NCBI GenBank assembly: GCA_032718475.1
Contig: JAUCBJ010000602.1
Location: 1 to 64,000 of the forward strand
DNA from: Nemertoderma westbladi
Lineage: Eukaryota > Animalia > Xenacoelomorpha
Length of the DNA: 64,000 bases
Direction: 5' to 3'
This document shows positions 1 through 14,700 of this stretch, piece by piece (the first letter of the stretch is position 1; every line of letters begins with the position of its first letter). The notes under the pieces are model-generated. The model saw only the letters and a list, made by a program, of their open reading frames with translations, had not been told where the DNA came from and did no database searches. Both the position numbers and the translations under genes were made by a program.

Positions 1-3000
1 TACATAAAGAACTCGTTTTGATTAAGTTTAGCAGCGCCACCGAACAGGTACATAACGAACTCGTTTTGTTTAGGTTTAGCAGCGCCACCGAACGGGTACA
101 TAACGAACTCGTGTTGTTTAGGTTTAGCAACGCCACCGAACGGGTACATAAAGAACTCGTTTTGTTTAGGTTTAGCAGCGCCACCGAACGGGTACATAAA
201 GAACTCGTTTTGATTAGGTTTAGCAGCGCCACCGAACGGGTACATAAAGAACTCGTTTTGTTTAGGTTTAGCAGCGCCACCGAACGGGTACATAACGAAC
301 TCGTTTTGTTTAGGTTTAGCAGCGCCACCGAGCGGGTACATAAAGAACTCGTTTTGTTTAAGTTTAGCAGCGCCACCGAACGGGTACATAAAGAACTCGT
401 GTTGTTTAAGTTTAGCAGCGCCACCGAACGGGTACATAACGAACTCGTGTTGTTTAGGTTTAGCAACGCCACCGAACGGGTACATAAAGAACTCGTTTTG
501 ATTAGGTTTAGCAGCGCCACCGAACGGGTACATAAAGAACTCGTTTTGTTTAGGTTTAGCAGCGCCACCGAACGGGTACATAAAGAACTCGTTTTGTTTA
601 GGTTTAGCAGCGCCACCGAACGGGTACATAACGAACTCGTGTTGTTTAAGTTTAGCAGCGCCACCGAACGGGTACATAACGAACTCGTTTTGATTAGGTT
701 TAGCAGCGCCACCGAACGGGTACATAAAGAACTCGTGTTGTTTAAGTTTAGCAGCGCCACCGAACGGGTACATAAAGAACTCGTTTTGTTTAAGTTTAGC
801 AGCGCCACCGACCGGGTACATAAAGAACTCGTTTTGTTTAAGTTTAGCAGCGCCACCGAACGGGTACATAAAGAACTCGTTTTGATTAAGTTTAGCAGCG
901 CCACCGAACAGGTACATAACGAACTCGTTTTGTTTAGGTTTAGCAGCGCCACCGAAGGGGTACATAACGAACTCGTGTTGTTTAGGTTTAGCAACGCCAC
1001 CGTGCGGGTACATAAAGAACTCGTTTTGTTTAAGTTTAGCAGCGCCACCGAACGGGTACATAAAGAACTCGTTTTGATTAGGTTTAGCAGCGCCACCGAA
1101 CGGGTACATAAAGAACTCGTTTTGTTTAGGTTTAGCAGCGCCACCGAACGGGTACATAACGAACTCGTTTTGTTTAGGTTTAGCAGCGCCACCGTGCGGG
1201 TACATAAAGAACTCGTTTTGTTTAAGTTTAGCAGCGCCACCGAACGGGTACATAAAGAACTCGTGTTGTTTAAGTTTAGCAGCGCCACCGAACGGGTACA
1301 TAACGAACTCGTGTTGTTTAGGTTTAGCAACGCCACCGAACGGGTACATAAAGAACTCGTTTTGATTAGGTTTAGCAGCGCCACCGAACGGGTACATAAA
1401 GAACTCGTTTTGTTTAGGTTTAGCAGCGCCACCGAAGGGGTACATAAAGAACTCGTTTTGTTTAGGTTTAGCAGCGCCACCGAACGGGTACATAACGAAC
1501 TCGTGTTGTTTAAGTTTAGCAGCGCCACCGAACGGGTACATAACGAACTCGTTTTGTTTAGGTTTAGCAGCGCCACCGAACGGGTACATAACGAACTCGT
1601 GTTGTTTAAGTTTAGCAGCGCCACCGAACGGGTACATAAAGAACTCGTTTTGTTTAAGTTTAGCAGCGCCACCGACCGGGTACATAAAGAACTCGTTTTG
1701 TTTAAGTTTAGCAGCGCCACCGAACGGGTACATAACGAACTCGTGTTGTTTAGGTTTAGCAACGCCACCGAACGGGTACATAAAGAACTCATTTTGTTTA
1801 AGTTTAGCAGCGCCACCGAACGGGTACATAACGAACTCGTTTTGATTAGGTTTAGCAGCGCCACCGAACGGGTACATAAAGAACTCGTTTTGATTAGGTT
1901 TAGCAGCGCCACCGAACGGGTACATAACGAACTCGTTTTGATTAGGTTTAGCAGCGCCACCGAACGGGTACATAACGAACTCGTTTTGTTTAGGTTTAGC
2001 AACGCCACCGAACGGGTACATAAAGAAGTCGTTTTGATTAAGTTTAGCAGCGCCACCGAACGGGTACATAAAGAACTCGTTTTGTTTAGGTTTAGCAGCG
2101 CCACCGAACGGGTACATAAAGAACTCGTTTTGTTTAGGTTTAGCAGCGCCACCGAACGGGTACATAAAGAACTCGTTTTGATTAGGTTTAGCAGCGCCAC
2201 CGAACGGGTACATAAAGAACTCGTTTTGTTTAGGTTTAGCAGCGCCACCGAACGGGTACATAAAGAACTCGTTTTGTTTAGGTTTAGCAGCGCCACCGAA
2301 CGGGTACATAACGAACTCGTTTTGATTAGGTTTAGCAGCGCCACCGAACGGGTACATAACGAACTCGTTTTGATTAGGTTTAGCAGCGCCACCGAACGGG
2401 TACATAACGAACTCGTTTTGATTAGGTTTAGCAGCGCCACCGAACGGGTACATAACGAACTCGTTTTGATTAGGTTTAGCAGCGCCACCGAACGGGTACA
2501 TAACGAACTCGTTTTGATTAGGTTTAGCAGCGCCACCGAACGGGTACATAAAGAACTCGTTTTGATTAGGTTTAGCAGCGCCACCGAAGGGGTACATAAC
2601 GAACTCGTGTTGTTTAGGTTTAGCAACGCCACCGTGCGGGTACATAAAGAACTCGTTTTGTTTAAGTTTAGCAACGCCACCGTGCGGGTACATAAAGAAC
2701 TCGTTTTGTTTAAGTTTAGCAGCGCCACCGAACGGGTACATAAAGAACTCGTTTTGTTTAAGTTTAGCAGCGCCACCGAACGGGTACATAACGAACTCGT
2801 TTTGATTAGGTTTAGCAGCGCCACCGAAGGGGTACATAAAGAACTCGTTTTGTTTAGGTTTAGCAGCGCCACCGAACGGGTACATAAAGAACTCGTTTTG
2901 ATTAAGTTTAGCAGCGCCACCGAACGGGTACATAAAGGAGTCGTTTTGATTAAGTTTAGCAGCGCCACCGAACAGGTACATAAATAAGTCGTTTTGATTA

Positions 3001-6000
3001 AGTTTAGCAGCGCCACCGAACGGGTACATAAAGAACTCGTTTTGTTTAGGTTTAGCAACGCCACCGAACGGGTACATAAAGAACTCGTTTTGTTTAAGTT
3101 TAGCAGCGCCACCGAACAGGTACATAAAGAACTCGTTTTGATTAAGTTTAGCAGCGCCACCGAACGGGTACATAAAGAACTCGTTTTGATTAAGTTTAGC
3201 AGCGCCACCGAACGGGTACATAAAGAACTCGTTTTGTTTAGGTTTAGCAGCGCCACCGAACAGGTACATAAAGAACTCGTTTTGATTAAGTTTAGCAGCG
3301 CCACCGAACGGGTACATAAAGAACTCGTTTTGTTTAGGTTTAGCAGCGCCACCGAACAGGTACATAAATAAGTCGTTTTGATTAAGTTTAGCAGCGCCAC
3401 CGAACGGGTACATAAAGAACTCGTTTTGATTAAGTTTAGCAGCGCCACCGAACGGGTACATAAAGAACTCGTTTTGTTTAGGTTTAGCAGCGCCACCGAA
3501 CAGGTACATAAAGAACTCGTTTTGATTAAGTTTAGCAGCGCCACCGAACGGGTACATAAAGAACTCGTTTTGATTAAGTTTAGCAGCGCCACCGAACGGG
3601 TACATAAAGGAGTCGTTTTGATTAAGTTTAGCAGCGCCACCGAACAGGTACATAAATAAGTCGTTTTGATTAAGTTTAGCAGCGCCACCGAACGGGTACA
3701 TAAAGAACTCGTTTTGTTTAGGTTTAGCAACGCCACCGAACGGGTACATAAAGAACTCGTTTTGTTTAAGTTTAGCAGCGCCACCGAACAGGTACATAAA
3801 GAACTCGTTTTGATTAAGTTTAGCAGCGCCACCGAACGGGTACATAAAGAACTCGTTTTGATTAAGTTTAGCAGCGCCACCGAACGGGTACATAAAGAAC
3901 TCGTTTTGTTTAGGTTTAGCAGCGCCACCGAACAGGTACATAAAGAACTCGTTTTGATTAAGTTTAGCAGCGCCACCGAACGGGTACATAAAGAACTCGT
4001 TTTGTTTAGGTTTAGCAGCGCCACCGAACAGGTACATAAATAAGTCGTTTTGATTAAGTTTAGCAGCGCCACCGAACGGGTACATAAAGAACTCGTTTTG
4101 ATTAAGTTTAGCAGCGCCACCGAACGGGTACATAAAGAACTCGTTTTGTTTAGGTTTAGCAGCGCCACCGAACAGGTACATAAAGAACTCGTTTTGATTA
4201 AGTTTAGCAGCGCCACCGAACGGGTACATAAAGAACTCGTTTTGATTAAGTATAGCAGCGCCACCGAACGGGTACATAAAGAACTCGTTTTGTTTAGGTT
4301 TAGCAGCGCCACCGAAGGGGTACATAACGAACTCGTGTTGTTTAGGCTTAGCAACGCCACCGTGCGGGTACATAAAGAACTCATTTTGTTTAAGTTTAGC
4401 AGCGCCACCGAACGGGTACATAACGAACTCGTTTTGATTAGGTTTAGCAGCGCCACCGAACGGGTACATAAAGAACTCGTTTTGTTTAGGTTTAGCAGCG
4501 CCACCGAACGGGTACATAAAGAACTCGTTTTGATTAAGTTTAGCAGCGCCACCGAACGGGTACATAAAGAACTCGTTTTGTTTAGGTTTAGCAGCGCCAC
4601 CGAACGGGTACATAACGAACTCGTGTTGTTTAAGTTTAGCAGCGCCACCGAACGGGTACATAACGAACTCGTTTTGATTAGGTTTAGCAGCGCCACCGAA
4701 CGGGTACATAAAGAACTCGTTTTGTTTAGGTTTAGCAGCGCCACCGAAGGGGTACATAACGAACTCGTGTTGTTTAAGTTTAGCAGCGCCACCGAACGGG
4801 TACATAAAGAACTCGTTTTGTTTAAGTTTAGCAGCGCCACCGACCGGGTACATAAAGAACTCATTTTGTTTAAGTTTAGCAGCGCCACCGAACGGGTACA
4901 TAACGAACTCGTGTTGTTTAGGTTTAGCAACGCCACCGAACGGGTACATAAAGAACTCGTTTTGATTAGGTTTAGCAGCGCCACCGAACGGGTACATAAC
5001 GAACTCGTTTTGATTAGGTTTAGCAGCGCCACCGAACGGGTACATAACGAACTCGTTTTGTTTAGGTTTAGCAACGCCACCGAACGGGTACATAAAGAAG
5101 TCGTTTTGATTAAGTTTAGCAGCGCCACCGAACGGGTACATAAAGAACTCGTTTTGTTTAGGTTTAGCAGCGCCACCGAACGGGTACATAAAGAACTCGT
5201 TTTGTTTAGGTTTAGCAGCGCCACCGAACGGGTACATAAAGAACTCGTTTTGATTAGGTTTAGCAGCGCCACCGAACGGGTACATAAAGAACTCGTTTTG
5301 TTTAGGTTTAGCAGCGCCACCGAACGGGTACATAAAGAACTCGTTTTGTTTAGGTTTAGCAGCGCCACCGAACGGGTACATAACGAACTCGTTTTGATTA
5401 GGTTTAGCAGCGCCACCGAACGGGTACATAACGAACTCGTTTTGATTAGGTTTAGCAGCGCCACCGAACGGGTACATAACGAACTCGTTTTGATTAGGTT
5501 TAGCAGCGCCACCGAACGGGTACATAACGAATTCGTTTTGATTAGGTTTAGCAGCGCCACCGAACGGGTACATAACGAACTCGTTTTGATTAGGTTTAGC
5601 AGCGCCACCGAACGGGTACATAAAGAACTCGTTTTGATTAGGTTTAGCAGCGCCACCGAAGGGGTACATAACGAACTCGTGTTGTTTAGGTTTAGCAACG
5701 CCACCGTGCGGGTACATAAAGAACTCGTTTTGTTTAAGTTTAGCAACGCCACCGTGCGGGTACATAAAGAACTCGTTTTGTTTAAGTTTAGCAGCGCCAC
5801 CGAACGGGTACATAAAGAACTCGTTTTGTTTAGGTTTAGCAGCGCCACCGAACGGGTACATAACGAACTCGTTTTGATTAGGTTTAGCAGCGCCACCGAA
5901 CGGGTACATAAAGAACTCGTTTTGATTAGGTTTAGCAGCGCCACCGAACAGGTACATAAAGAACTCGTTTTGTTTAGGTTTAGCAGCGCCACCGAACGGG

Positions 6001-9000
6001 TACATAAAGAACTCGTTTTGTTTAGGTTTAGCAGCGCCACCGAAGGGGTACATAAAGAACTCGTTTTGTTTAGGTTTAGCAGCGCCACCGAACAGGTACA
6101 TAAATAAGTCGTTTTGATTAAGTTTAGCAGCGCCACCGAACAGGTACATAAAGAACTCGTTTTGTTTAGGTTTAGCAGCGCCACCGAACGGGTACATAAA
6201 GAACTCGTTTTGATTAAGTTTAGCAGCGCCACCGAACAGGTACATAAAGAACTCGTTTTGTTTAGGTTTAGCAGCGCCACCGAACGGGTACATAAAGAAC
6301 TCGTTTTGTTTAGGTTTAGCAGCGCCACCGAAGGGGTACATAAAGAACTCGTTTTGTTTAGGTTTAGCAGCGCCACCGAACAGGTACATAAATAAGTCGT
6401 TTTGATTAAGTTTAGCAGCGCCACCGAACAGGTACATAAAGAACTCGTTTTGTTTAGGTTTAGCAGCGCCACCGAACGGGTACATAAAGAACTCGTTTTG
6501 ATTAAGTTTAGCAGCGCCACCGAACAGGTACATAAAGAACTCGTTTTGTTTAGGTTTAGCAGCGCCACCGAACGGGTACATAAAGAACTCGTTTTGTTTA
6601 GGTTTAGCAGCGCCACCGAAGGGGTACATAAAGAACTCGTTTTGTTTAGGTTTAGCAGCGCCACCGAACAGGTACATAAATAAGTCGTTTTGATTAAGTT
6701 TAGCAGCGCCACCGAACAGGTACATAAAGAACTCGTTTTGTTTAGGTTTAGCAGCGCCACCGAACGGGTACATAAAGAACTCGTTTTGATTAAGTTTAGC
6801 AGCGCCACCGAACAGGTACATAAAGAACTCGTTTTGTTTAGGTTTAGCAGCGCCACCGAACGGGTACATAAAGAACTCGTTTTGATTAAGTTTAGCAGCG
6901 CCACCGAACAGGTACATAAAGAACTCGTTTTGTTTAGGTTTAGCAGCGCCACCGAACGGGTACATAAAGAACTCGTTTTGATTAAGTTTAGCAGCGCCAC
7001 CGAACGGGTACATAAAGAACTCGTTTTGATTAAGTATAGCAGCGCCACCGAACAGGTACATAAAGAACTCGTTTTGATTAAGTTTAGCAGCGCCACCGAA
7101 CAGGTACATAAAGAACTCGTTTTGTTTAGGTTTAGCAGCGCCACCGAACGGGTACATAAATAAGTCGTTTTGATTAAGTTTAGCAGCGCCACCGAACGGG
7201 TACATAAAGAACTCGTTTTGATTAAGTTTAGCAGCGCCACCGAACGGGTACATAAAGAACTCGTTTTGTTTAGGTTTAGCAGCGCCACCGAACAGGTACA
7301 TAAAGAACTCGTTTTGATTAAGTTTAGCAGCGCCACCGAACGGGTACATAAAGAACTCGTTTTGATTAAGTTTAGCAGCGCCACCGAACGGGTACATAAA
7401 GGAGTCGTTTTGATTAAGTTTAGCAGCGCCACCGAACAGGTACATAAAGAACTCGTTTTGATTAAGTTTAGCAGCGCCACCGAACGGGTACATAAAGAAC
7501 TCGTTTTGTTTAGGTTTAGCAGCGCCACCGAACGGGTACATAAAGAACTCGTTTTGTTTAAGTTTAGCAGCGCCACCGAACAGGTACATAAAGAACTCGT
7601 TTTGATTAAGTTTAGCAGCGCCACCGAACGGGTACATAAAGAACTCGTTTTGATTAAGTTTAGCAGCGCCACCGAACGGGTACATAAAGAACTCGTTTTG
7701 TTTAGGTTTAGCAGCGCCACCGAACAGGTACATAAAGAACTCGTTTTGATTAAGTTTAGCAGCGCCACCGAACGGGTACATAAAGAACTCGTTTTGTTTA
7801 GGTTTAGCAGCGCCACCGAACAGGTACATAAATAAGTCGTTTTGATTAAGTTTAGCAGCGCCACCGAACGGGTACATAAAGAACTCGTTTTGATTAAGTT
7901 TAGCAGCGCCACCGAACGGGTACATAAAGAACTCGTTTTGTTTAGGTTTAGCAGCGCCACCGAACAGGTACATAAAGAACTCGTTTTGATTAAGTTTAGC
8001 AGCGCCACCGAACGGGTACATAAAGAACTCGTTTTGATTAAGTATAGCAGCGCCACCGAACGGGTACATAAAGAACTCGTTTTGTTTAGGTTTAGCAGCG
8101 CCACCGAAGGGGTACATAACGAACTCGTGTTGTTTAGGCTTAGCAACGCCACCGTGCGGGTACATAAAGAACTCATTTTGTTTAAGTTTAGCAGCGCCAC
8201 CGAACGGGTACATAACGAACTCGTTTTGATTAGGTTTAGCAGCGCCACCGAACGGGTACATAAAGAACTCGTTTTGTTTAGGTTTAGCAGCGCCACCGAA
8301 CGGGTACATAAAGAACTCGTTTTGATTAAGTTTAGCAGCGCCACCGAACGGGTACATAAAGAACTCGTTTTGTTTAGGTTTAGCAGCGCCACCGAACGGG
8401 TACATAACGAACTCGTGTTGTTTAAGTTTAGCAGCGCCACCGAACGGGTACATAACGAACTCGTTTTGATTAGGTTTAGCAGCGCCACCGAACGGGTACA
8501 TAAAGAACTCGTTTTGTTTAGGTTTAGCAGCGCCACCGAAGGGGTACATAACGAACTCGTGTTGTTTAAGTTTAGCAGCGCCACCGAACGGGTACATAAA
8601 GAACTCGTTTTGTTTAAGTTTAGCAGCGCCACCGACCGGGTACATAAAGAACTCATTTTGTTTAAGTTTAGCAGCGCCACCGAACGGGTACATAACGAAC
8701 TCGTGTTGTTTAGGTTTAGCAACGCCACCGAACGGGTACATAAAGAACTCGTTTTGATTAGGTTTAGCAGCGCCACCGAACGGGTACATAACGAACTCGT
8801 TTTGATTAGGTTTAGCAGCGCCACCGAACGGGTACATAACGAACTCGTTTTGTTTAGGTTTAGCAACGCCACCGAACGGGTACATAAAGAAGTCGTTTTG
8901 ATTAAGTTTAGCAGCGCCACCGAACGGGTACATAAAGAACTCGTTTTGTTTAGGTTTAGCAGCGCCACCGAACGGGTACATAAAGAACTCGTTTTGTTTA

Positions 9001-12000
9001 GGTTTAGCAGCGCCACCGAACGGGTACATAAAGAACTCGTTTTGATTAGGTTTAGCAGCGCCACCGAACGGGTACATAAAGAACTCGTTTTGTTTAGGTT
9101 TAGCAGCGCCACCGAACGGGTACATAAAGAACTCGTTTTGTTTAGGTTTAGCAGCGCCACCGAACGGGTACATAACGAACTCGTTTTGATTAGGTTTAGC
9201 AGCGCCACCGAACGGGTACATAACGAACTCGTTTTGATTAGGTTTAGCAGCGCCACCGAACGGGTACATAACGAACTCGTTTTGATTAGGTTTAGCAGCG
9301 CCACCGAACGGGTACATAACGAATTCGTTTTGATTAGGTTTAGCAGCGCCACCGAACGGGTACATAACGAACTCGTTTTGATTAGGTTTAGCAGCGCCAC
9401 CGAACGGGTACATAAAGAACTCGTTTTGATTAGGTTTAGCAGCGCCACCGAAGGGGTACATAACGAACTCGTGTTGTTTAGGTTTAGCAACGCCACCGTG
9501 CGGGTACATAAAGAACTCGTTTTGTTTAAGTTTAGCAACGCCACCGTGCGGGTACATAAAGAACTCGTTTTGTTTAAGTTTAGCAGCGCCACCGAACGGG
9601 TACATAAAGAACTCGTTTTGTTTAGGTTTAGCAGCGCCACCGAACGGGTACATAACGAACTCGTTTTGATTAGGTTTAGCAGCGCCACCGAACGGGTACA
9701 TAAAGAACTCGTTTTGATTAGGTTTAGCAGCGCCACCGAACAGGTACATAAAGAACTCGTTTTGTTTAGGTTTAGCAGCGCCACCGAACGGGTACATAAA
9801 GAACTCGTTTTGTTTAGGTTTAGCAGCGCCACCGAAGGGGTACATAAAGAACTCGTTTTGTTTAGGTTTAGCAGCGCCACCGAACAGGTACATAAATAAG
9901 TCGTTTTGATTAAGTTTAGCAGCGCCACCGAACAGGTACATAAAGAACTCGTTTTGTTTAGGTTTAGCAGCGCCACCGAACGGGTACATAAAGAACTCGT
10001 TTTGATTAAGTTTAGCAGCGCCACCGAACAGGTACATAAAGAACTCGTTTTGTTTAGGTTTAGCAGCGCCACCGAACGGGTACATAAAGAACTCGTTTTG
10101 TTTAGGTTTAGCAGCGCCACCGAAGGGGTACATAAAGAACTCGTTTTGTTTAGGTTTAGCAGCGCCACCGAACAGGTACATAAATAAGTCGTTTTGATTA
10201 AGTTTAGCAGCGCCACCGAACAGGTACATAAAGAACTCGTTTTGTTTAGGTTTAGCAGCGCCACCGAACGGGTACATAAAGAACTCGTTTTGATTAAGTT
10301 TAGCAGCGCCACCGAACAGGTACATAAAGAACTCGTTTTGTTTAGGTTTAGCAGCGCCACCGAACGGGTACATAAAGAACTCGTTTTGTTTAGGTTTAGC
10401 AGCGCCACCGAAGGGGTACATAAAGAACTCGTTTTGTTTAGGTTTAGCAGCGCCACCGAACAGGTACATAAATAAGTCGTTTTGATTAAGTTTAGCAGCG
10501 CCACCGAACAGGTACATAAAGAACTCGTTTTGTTTAGGTTTAGCAGCGCCACCGAACGGGTACATAAAGAACTCGTTTTGATTAAGTTTAGCAGCGCCAC
10601 CGAACAGGTACATAAAGAACTCGTTTTGTTTAGGTTTAGCAGCGCCACCGAACGGGTACATAAAGAACTCGTTTTGATTAAGTTTAGCAGCGCCACCGAA
10701 CAGGTACATAAAGAACTCGTTTTGTTTAGGTTTAGCAGCGCCACCGAACGGGTACATAAAGAACTCGTTTTGATTAAGTTTAGCAGCGCCACCGAACGGG
10801 TACATAAAGAACTCGTTTTGATTAAGTATAGCAGCGCCACCGAACAGGTACATAAAGAACTCGTTTTGATTAAGTTTAGCAGCGCCACCGAACAGGTACA
10901 TAAAGAACTCGTTTTGTTTAGGTTTAGCAGCGCCACCGAACGGGTACATAAAGAACTCGTTTTGATTAAGTTTAGCAGCGCCACCGAACAGGTACATAAA
11001 GAACTCGTTTTGTTTAGGTTTAGCAGCGCCACCGAACGGGTACATAAAGAACTCGTTTTGATTAAGTTTAGCAGCGCCACCGAACGGGTACATAAAGAAC
11101 TCGTTTTGATTAAGTATAGCAGCGCCACCGAACAGGTACATAAAGAACTCGTTTTGATTAAGTTTAGCAGCGCCACCGAACAGGTACATAAAGAACTCGT
11201 TTTGATTAAGTTTAGCAGCGCCACCGAACAGGTACATAAAGAACTCGTTTTGATTAAGTTTAGCAGCGCCACCGAACAGGTACATAAAGAACTCGTTTTG
11301 TTTAGGTTTAGCAGCGCCACCGAACGGGTACATAAAGAACTCGTTTTGATTAAGTTTAGCAGCGCCACCGAACGGGTACATAAAGAACTCGTTTTGATTA
11401 AGTTTAGCAGCGCCACCGAACGGGTACATAAAGAACTCGTTTTGATTAAGTATAGCAGCGCCACCGAACGGGTACATAAAGAACTCGTTTTGTTTAGGTT
11501 TAGCAGTGCCACCGAAGGGGTACATAACGAACTCGTGTTGTTTAGGCTTAGCAACGCCACCGTGCGGGTACATAAAGAACTCATTTTGTTTAAGTTTAGC
11601 AGCGCCACCGAACGGGTACATAACGAACTCGTTTTGATTAGGTCTAGCAGCGCCACCGAACGGGTACATAAAGAACTCGTTTTGTTTAGGTTTAGCAGCG
11701 CCACCGAACGGGTACATAAAGAACTCGTTTTGATTAAGTTTAGCAGCGCCACCGAACGGGTACATAAAGAAGTCGTTTTGATTAAGTTTAGCAGCGCCAC
11801 CGAACGGGTACATAACGAACTCGTGTTGTTTAGGTTTAGCAGCGCCACCAAGCGGGTACATAACGAACTCGTTTTGTTTAAGTTTAGCAGCGCCACCGAA
11901 CGGGTACATAAAGAACTCGTTTTGTTTAAGTTTAGCAGCGCCACCGAGCGGGTACATAAAGAACTCGTTTTGTTTAAGTTTAGCAGCGCCACCGAACGGG

Positions 12001-12961
12001 TACATAAAGAACTCATTTTGTTTAAGTTTAGCAGCGCCACCGAAGGGGTACATAACGAACTCGTGTTGTTTAGGTTTAGCAGCGCCACCGAACGGGTACA
12101 TAACGAACTCGTTTTGTTTAAGTTTAGCAGCGCCACCGAACGGGTACATAAAAAACTCGTTTTGTTTAGGTTTAGCAGCGCCACCGAACGGGTACATAAC
12201 AAACTCGTTTTGTTTAGGTTTAGCAGCGCCACCGAACGGGTACATAAAGAACTCGTTTTGTTTAGGTTTAGCAGCGCCACCGAACGGGTATATAAAGAAC
12301 TCGTTTTGTTTAAGTTTAGCAGCGCCACCGAACGGGTACATAAAGAACTCGTTTTGATTAAGTTTAGCAGCGCCACCGAACGGGTACATAAAGAACTCGT
12401 TTTGATTAAGTTTAGCAGCGCCACCGAACGGGTACATAACGAACTCGTGTTGTTTAGGTTTAGCAGCGCCACCGAACGGGTACATAACGAACTCGTTTTG
12501 TTTAGGTTTAGCAGCGCCACCGAACGGGTACATAACAAACTCGTTTTGTTTAGGTTTAGCAGCGCCACCGAACGGGTACATAACGAACTCGTTTTGTTTA
12601 GGTTTAGCAGCGCCACCGAACGGGTACATAACAAACTCGTTTTGTTTAGGTTTAGCAGCGCCACCGAACGGGTACATAACGAACTCGTGTTGTTTAGGTT
12701 TAGCAGCGCCACCGAACGAGTACATAACGAACTCGTTTTGTTTAGGTTTAGCAGCGCCACCGAACGGGTACATAACAAACTCGTTTTGTTTAGGTTTAGC
12801 AGCGCCACCGAACGGGTACATAACAAACTCGTTTTGTTTAGGTTTAGCAGCGCCACCGAACGGGTACATAACGAACTCGTTTTGTTTAGGTTTAGCAGCG
12901 CAACCGAGCGGGTACATAACGAACTCGTTTTGTTTAGGTTTAGCAGCGCAACCGAGCGGGT
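1..12961 (+). repeat. 48-bp tandem array (~270 copies, continues off the 5' edge) made of the dvl 3' splice-site junction
   Basis: Unit ACATAAAGAACTCGTTTTGTTTAG|GTTTAGCAGCGCCACCGAACGGGT = 24 nt intron + 24 nt exon; the last copy runs directly into the exon at 12938. Confidence 0.97.
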
Positions 12962-13086
12962 GCAGCAGTCGCGGTTTCGCAGTAAGATGAGGAAGAGACG
13001 CCGTCGTCCACCTCCCAGACTCCCAACCCGCCAGCTGGTAGGTCCCAGTGGGGCTATGAGTGTCAACTCATACTCATCTATAACCG
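12938..13086 (+). CDS. dvl: Dishevelled exon, basic region between DIX and PDZ
   Basis: tttag|G TTT AGC...ACC G|gtaagc, phase 2 to 1, 149 nt; (R)FSSATERVQQSRFRSKMRKRRRRPPPRLPTRQLVGPSGAMSVNSYSSIT resembles Dvl RFSSSTEQS...RRRR...SFSSIT. Confidence 0.9.
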
Positions 13087-13249
13087 GTAAGCCCTAAATA
13101 ATCTCGTCTAACACGTTTTTTTTATTCAATTTCATTTATAATATTAATAGTTCAAATGTATGTATAAAAATATAACAAGTTAGCGCGAAATTCAAATTTC
13201 TTATTCGGAATAATAATATTATACATTTAAAGGGTTAGTATGGTAATGC

Positions 13250-13455
13250 AGTATAGTATAATTCGATGCACCCCGTTCGACCTGTATTCTAGAACTGGTT
13301 TGCCAGCCCCTCGCCACGCAGACCAGCCCAGCAGGATTATTATGTAACACATTAACCATATCAACCGACCTTGAGGCTCGAACCCGGTACCTAGGTTCAA
13401 ACTTTTGGTCATCTTCAGATGGTTTTGTCTCTAAGACCACTGAGCGACGAGGACG
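13250..13455 (-). mobile_element. Possible tRNA-derived SINE
   Basis: Minus strand has an A-box-like TCGCTCAGTGG and a B-box-like GGGTTCGAGCC in a GC-richer island inside an AT-rich intron; no clear TSD; boundaries approximate. Confidence 0.45.
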
Positions 13456-13682
13456 GATGAATAATTTATTTGCTATGGAGCGGAGAGTGGTCTATTAGTT
13501 GGTGGCCGTTTGTTAATCAATAAACATGAACGTACAGCTTTTTGGCGTTTAGCGTTTATTTTTCGCCAGGGAGAGTGTTATCATTATATTATATTATATT
13601 ATACATTATTATTCCCCCCCCCCCCCCCCCCTCCCCCCAAACCACAACTATTAATGTATTATTATTATTGTTTTACATTTCA

Positions 13683-14700
13683 GTGTTATCTGTTATATGT
13701 TCCAGGATGTCATTAAACATTTTTATATCCGTCATAGATTCAAGTATGTCATTGATGGTTATCTGTTATAGATTCCAGTATATCATTGATCATGGTTCTC
13801 TGTTATAGATTCCAGTATGTCATTGATGGTTATCTGATATAGATTCCAGTATGTCATTGAACATGGTTATCTGTAATAGATTCCAGTATGTCATTGAATA
13901 TGGTTATCTGTAATAGATTCCAGTATGTCATTGAACATGGTTATCTGTTATAGATTCCAGTATGTCATTGAACATGGTTCTTTGTTATAGATTCCAGTAT
14001 ATCATTGAACATGGTTATCTGTTATAGATTCCAGTATGTCATTGAACATGGTTCTCTGTTATAGATTCCAGTATGTCATTGATTGTTCTCTGTTATAGAT
14101 TCTAGTATGTCATTGAACATGGTTATCTGTTATAGATTCTAGTATATCATTGAACATGGTTATCTGTTATCGATTCCAGTATGTTATTGAACATGGTTCT
14201 CTGTTATAGATTCCAGTATATAATTGAACATGGTTATCTGTTATAGATTCCAGTATGTCATTGAACATGGTTATCTGTTATAGATTCCAGTATGTCATTG
14301 AACATGGTTATCTGTTATAGATTCCAGTATATTATTGAACATGGTTCTCTGTTATAGATTCCAGTATATCATTGAACATGGTTATCTGTTATAGATTCCA
14401 GTATGTCATTGAACATGGTTATCTGTTATAGATTCCAGTATGTCATTGAACATGGTTATCTGTTATAGATTCCAGTATGTCATTGAACATGGTTATCTGT
14501 TATAGATTCCAGTATGTCATTGAACATGGTTCTCTGTTATAGATTCCAGTATGTCATTGATTGTTCTCTGTTATAGATTCTAGTATGTCATTGTACATGG
14601 TTATCTGTTATAGATTCTAGTATATCATTGAACATGGTTATCTGTTATAGATTCCAGTATATTATTGAACATGGTTCTCTGTTATAGATTCCAGTATGTC
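13683..14700 (+). repeat. 37-bp tandem array (~27 copies) made of the acceptor junction of the first PDZ exon
   Basis: Unit GGTTATCTGTTATAG|ATTCCAGTATGTCATTGAACAT; the last copy is the real acceptor at 14687/14688; 5' copies are degenerate. Confidence 0.95.

Noticed and set aside
18-10475. Long + strand ORFs of FSSATERVHKELVL repeats as independent genes
   Set aside because: They arise from a 48-bp unit lacking stops in one frame; starts are TTG inside repeats; the region is a dvl intron.
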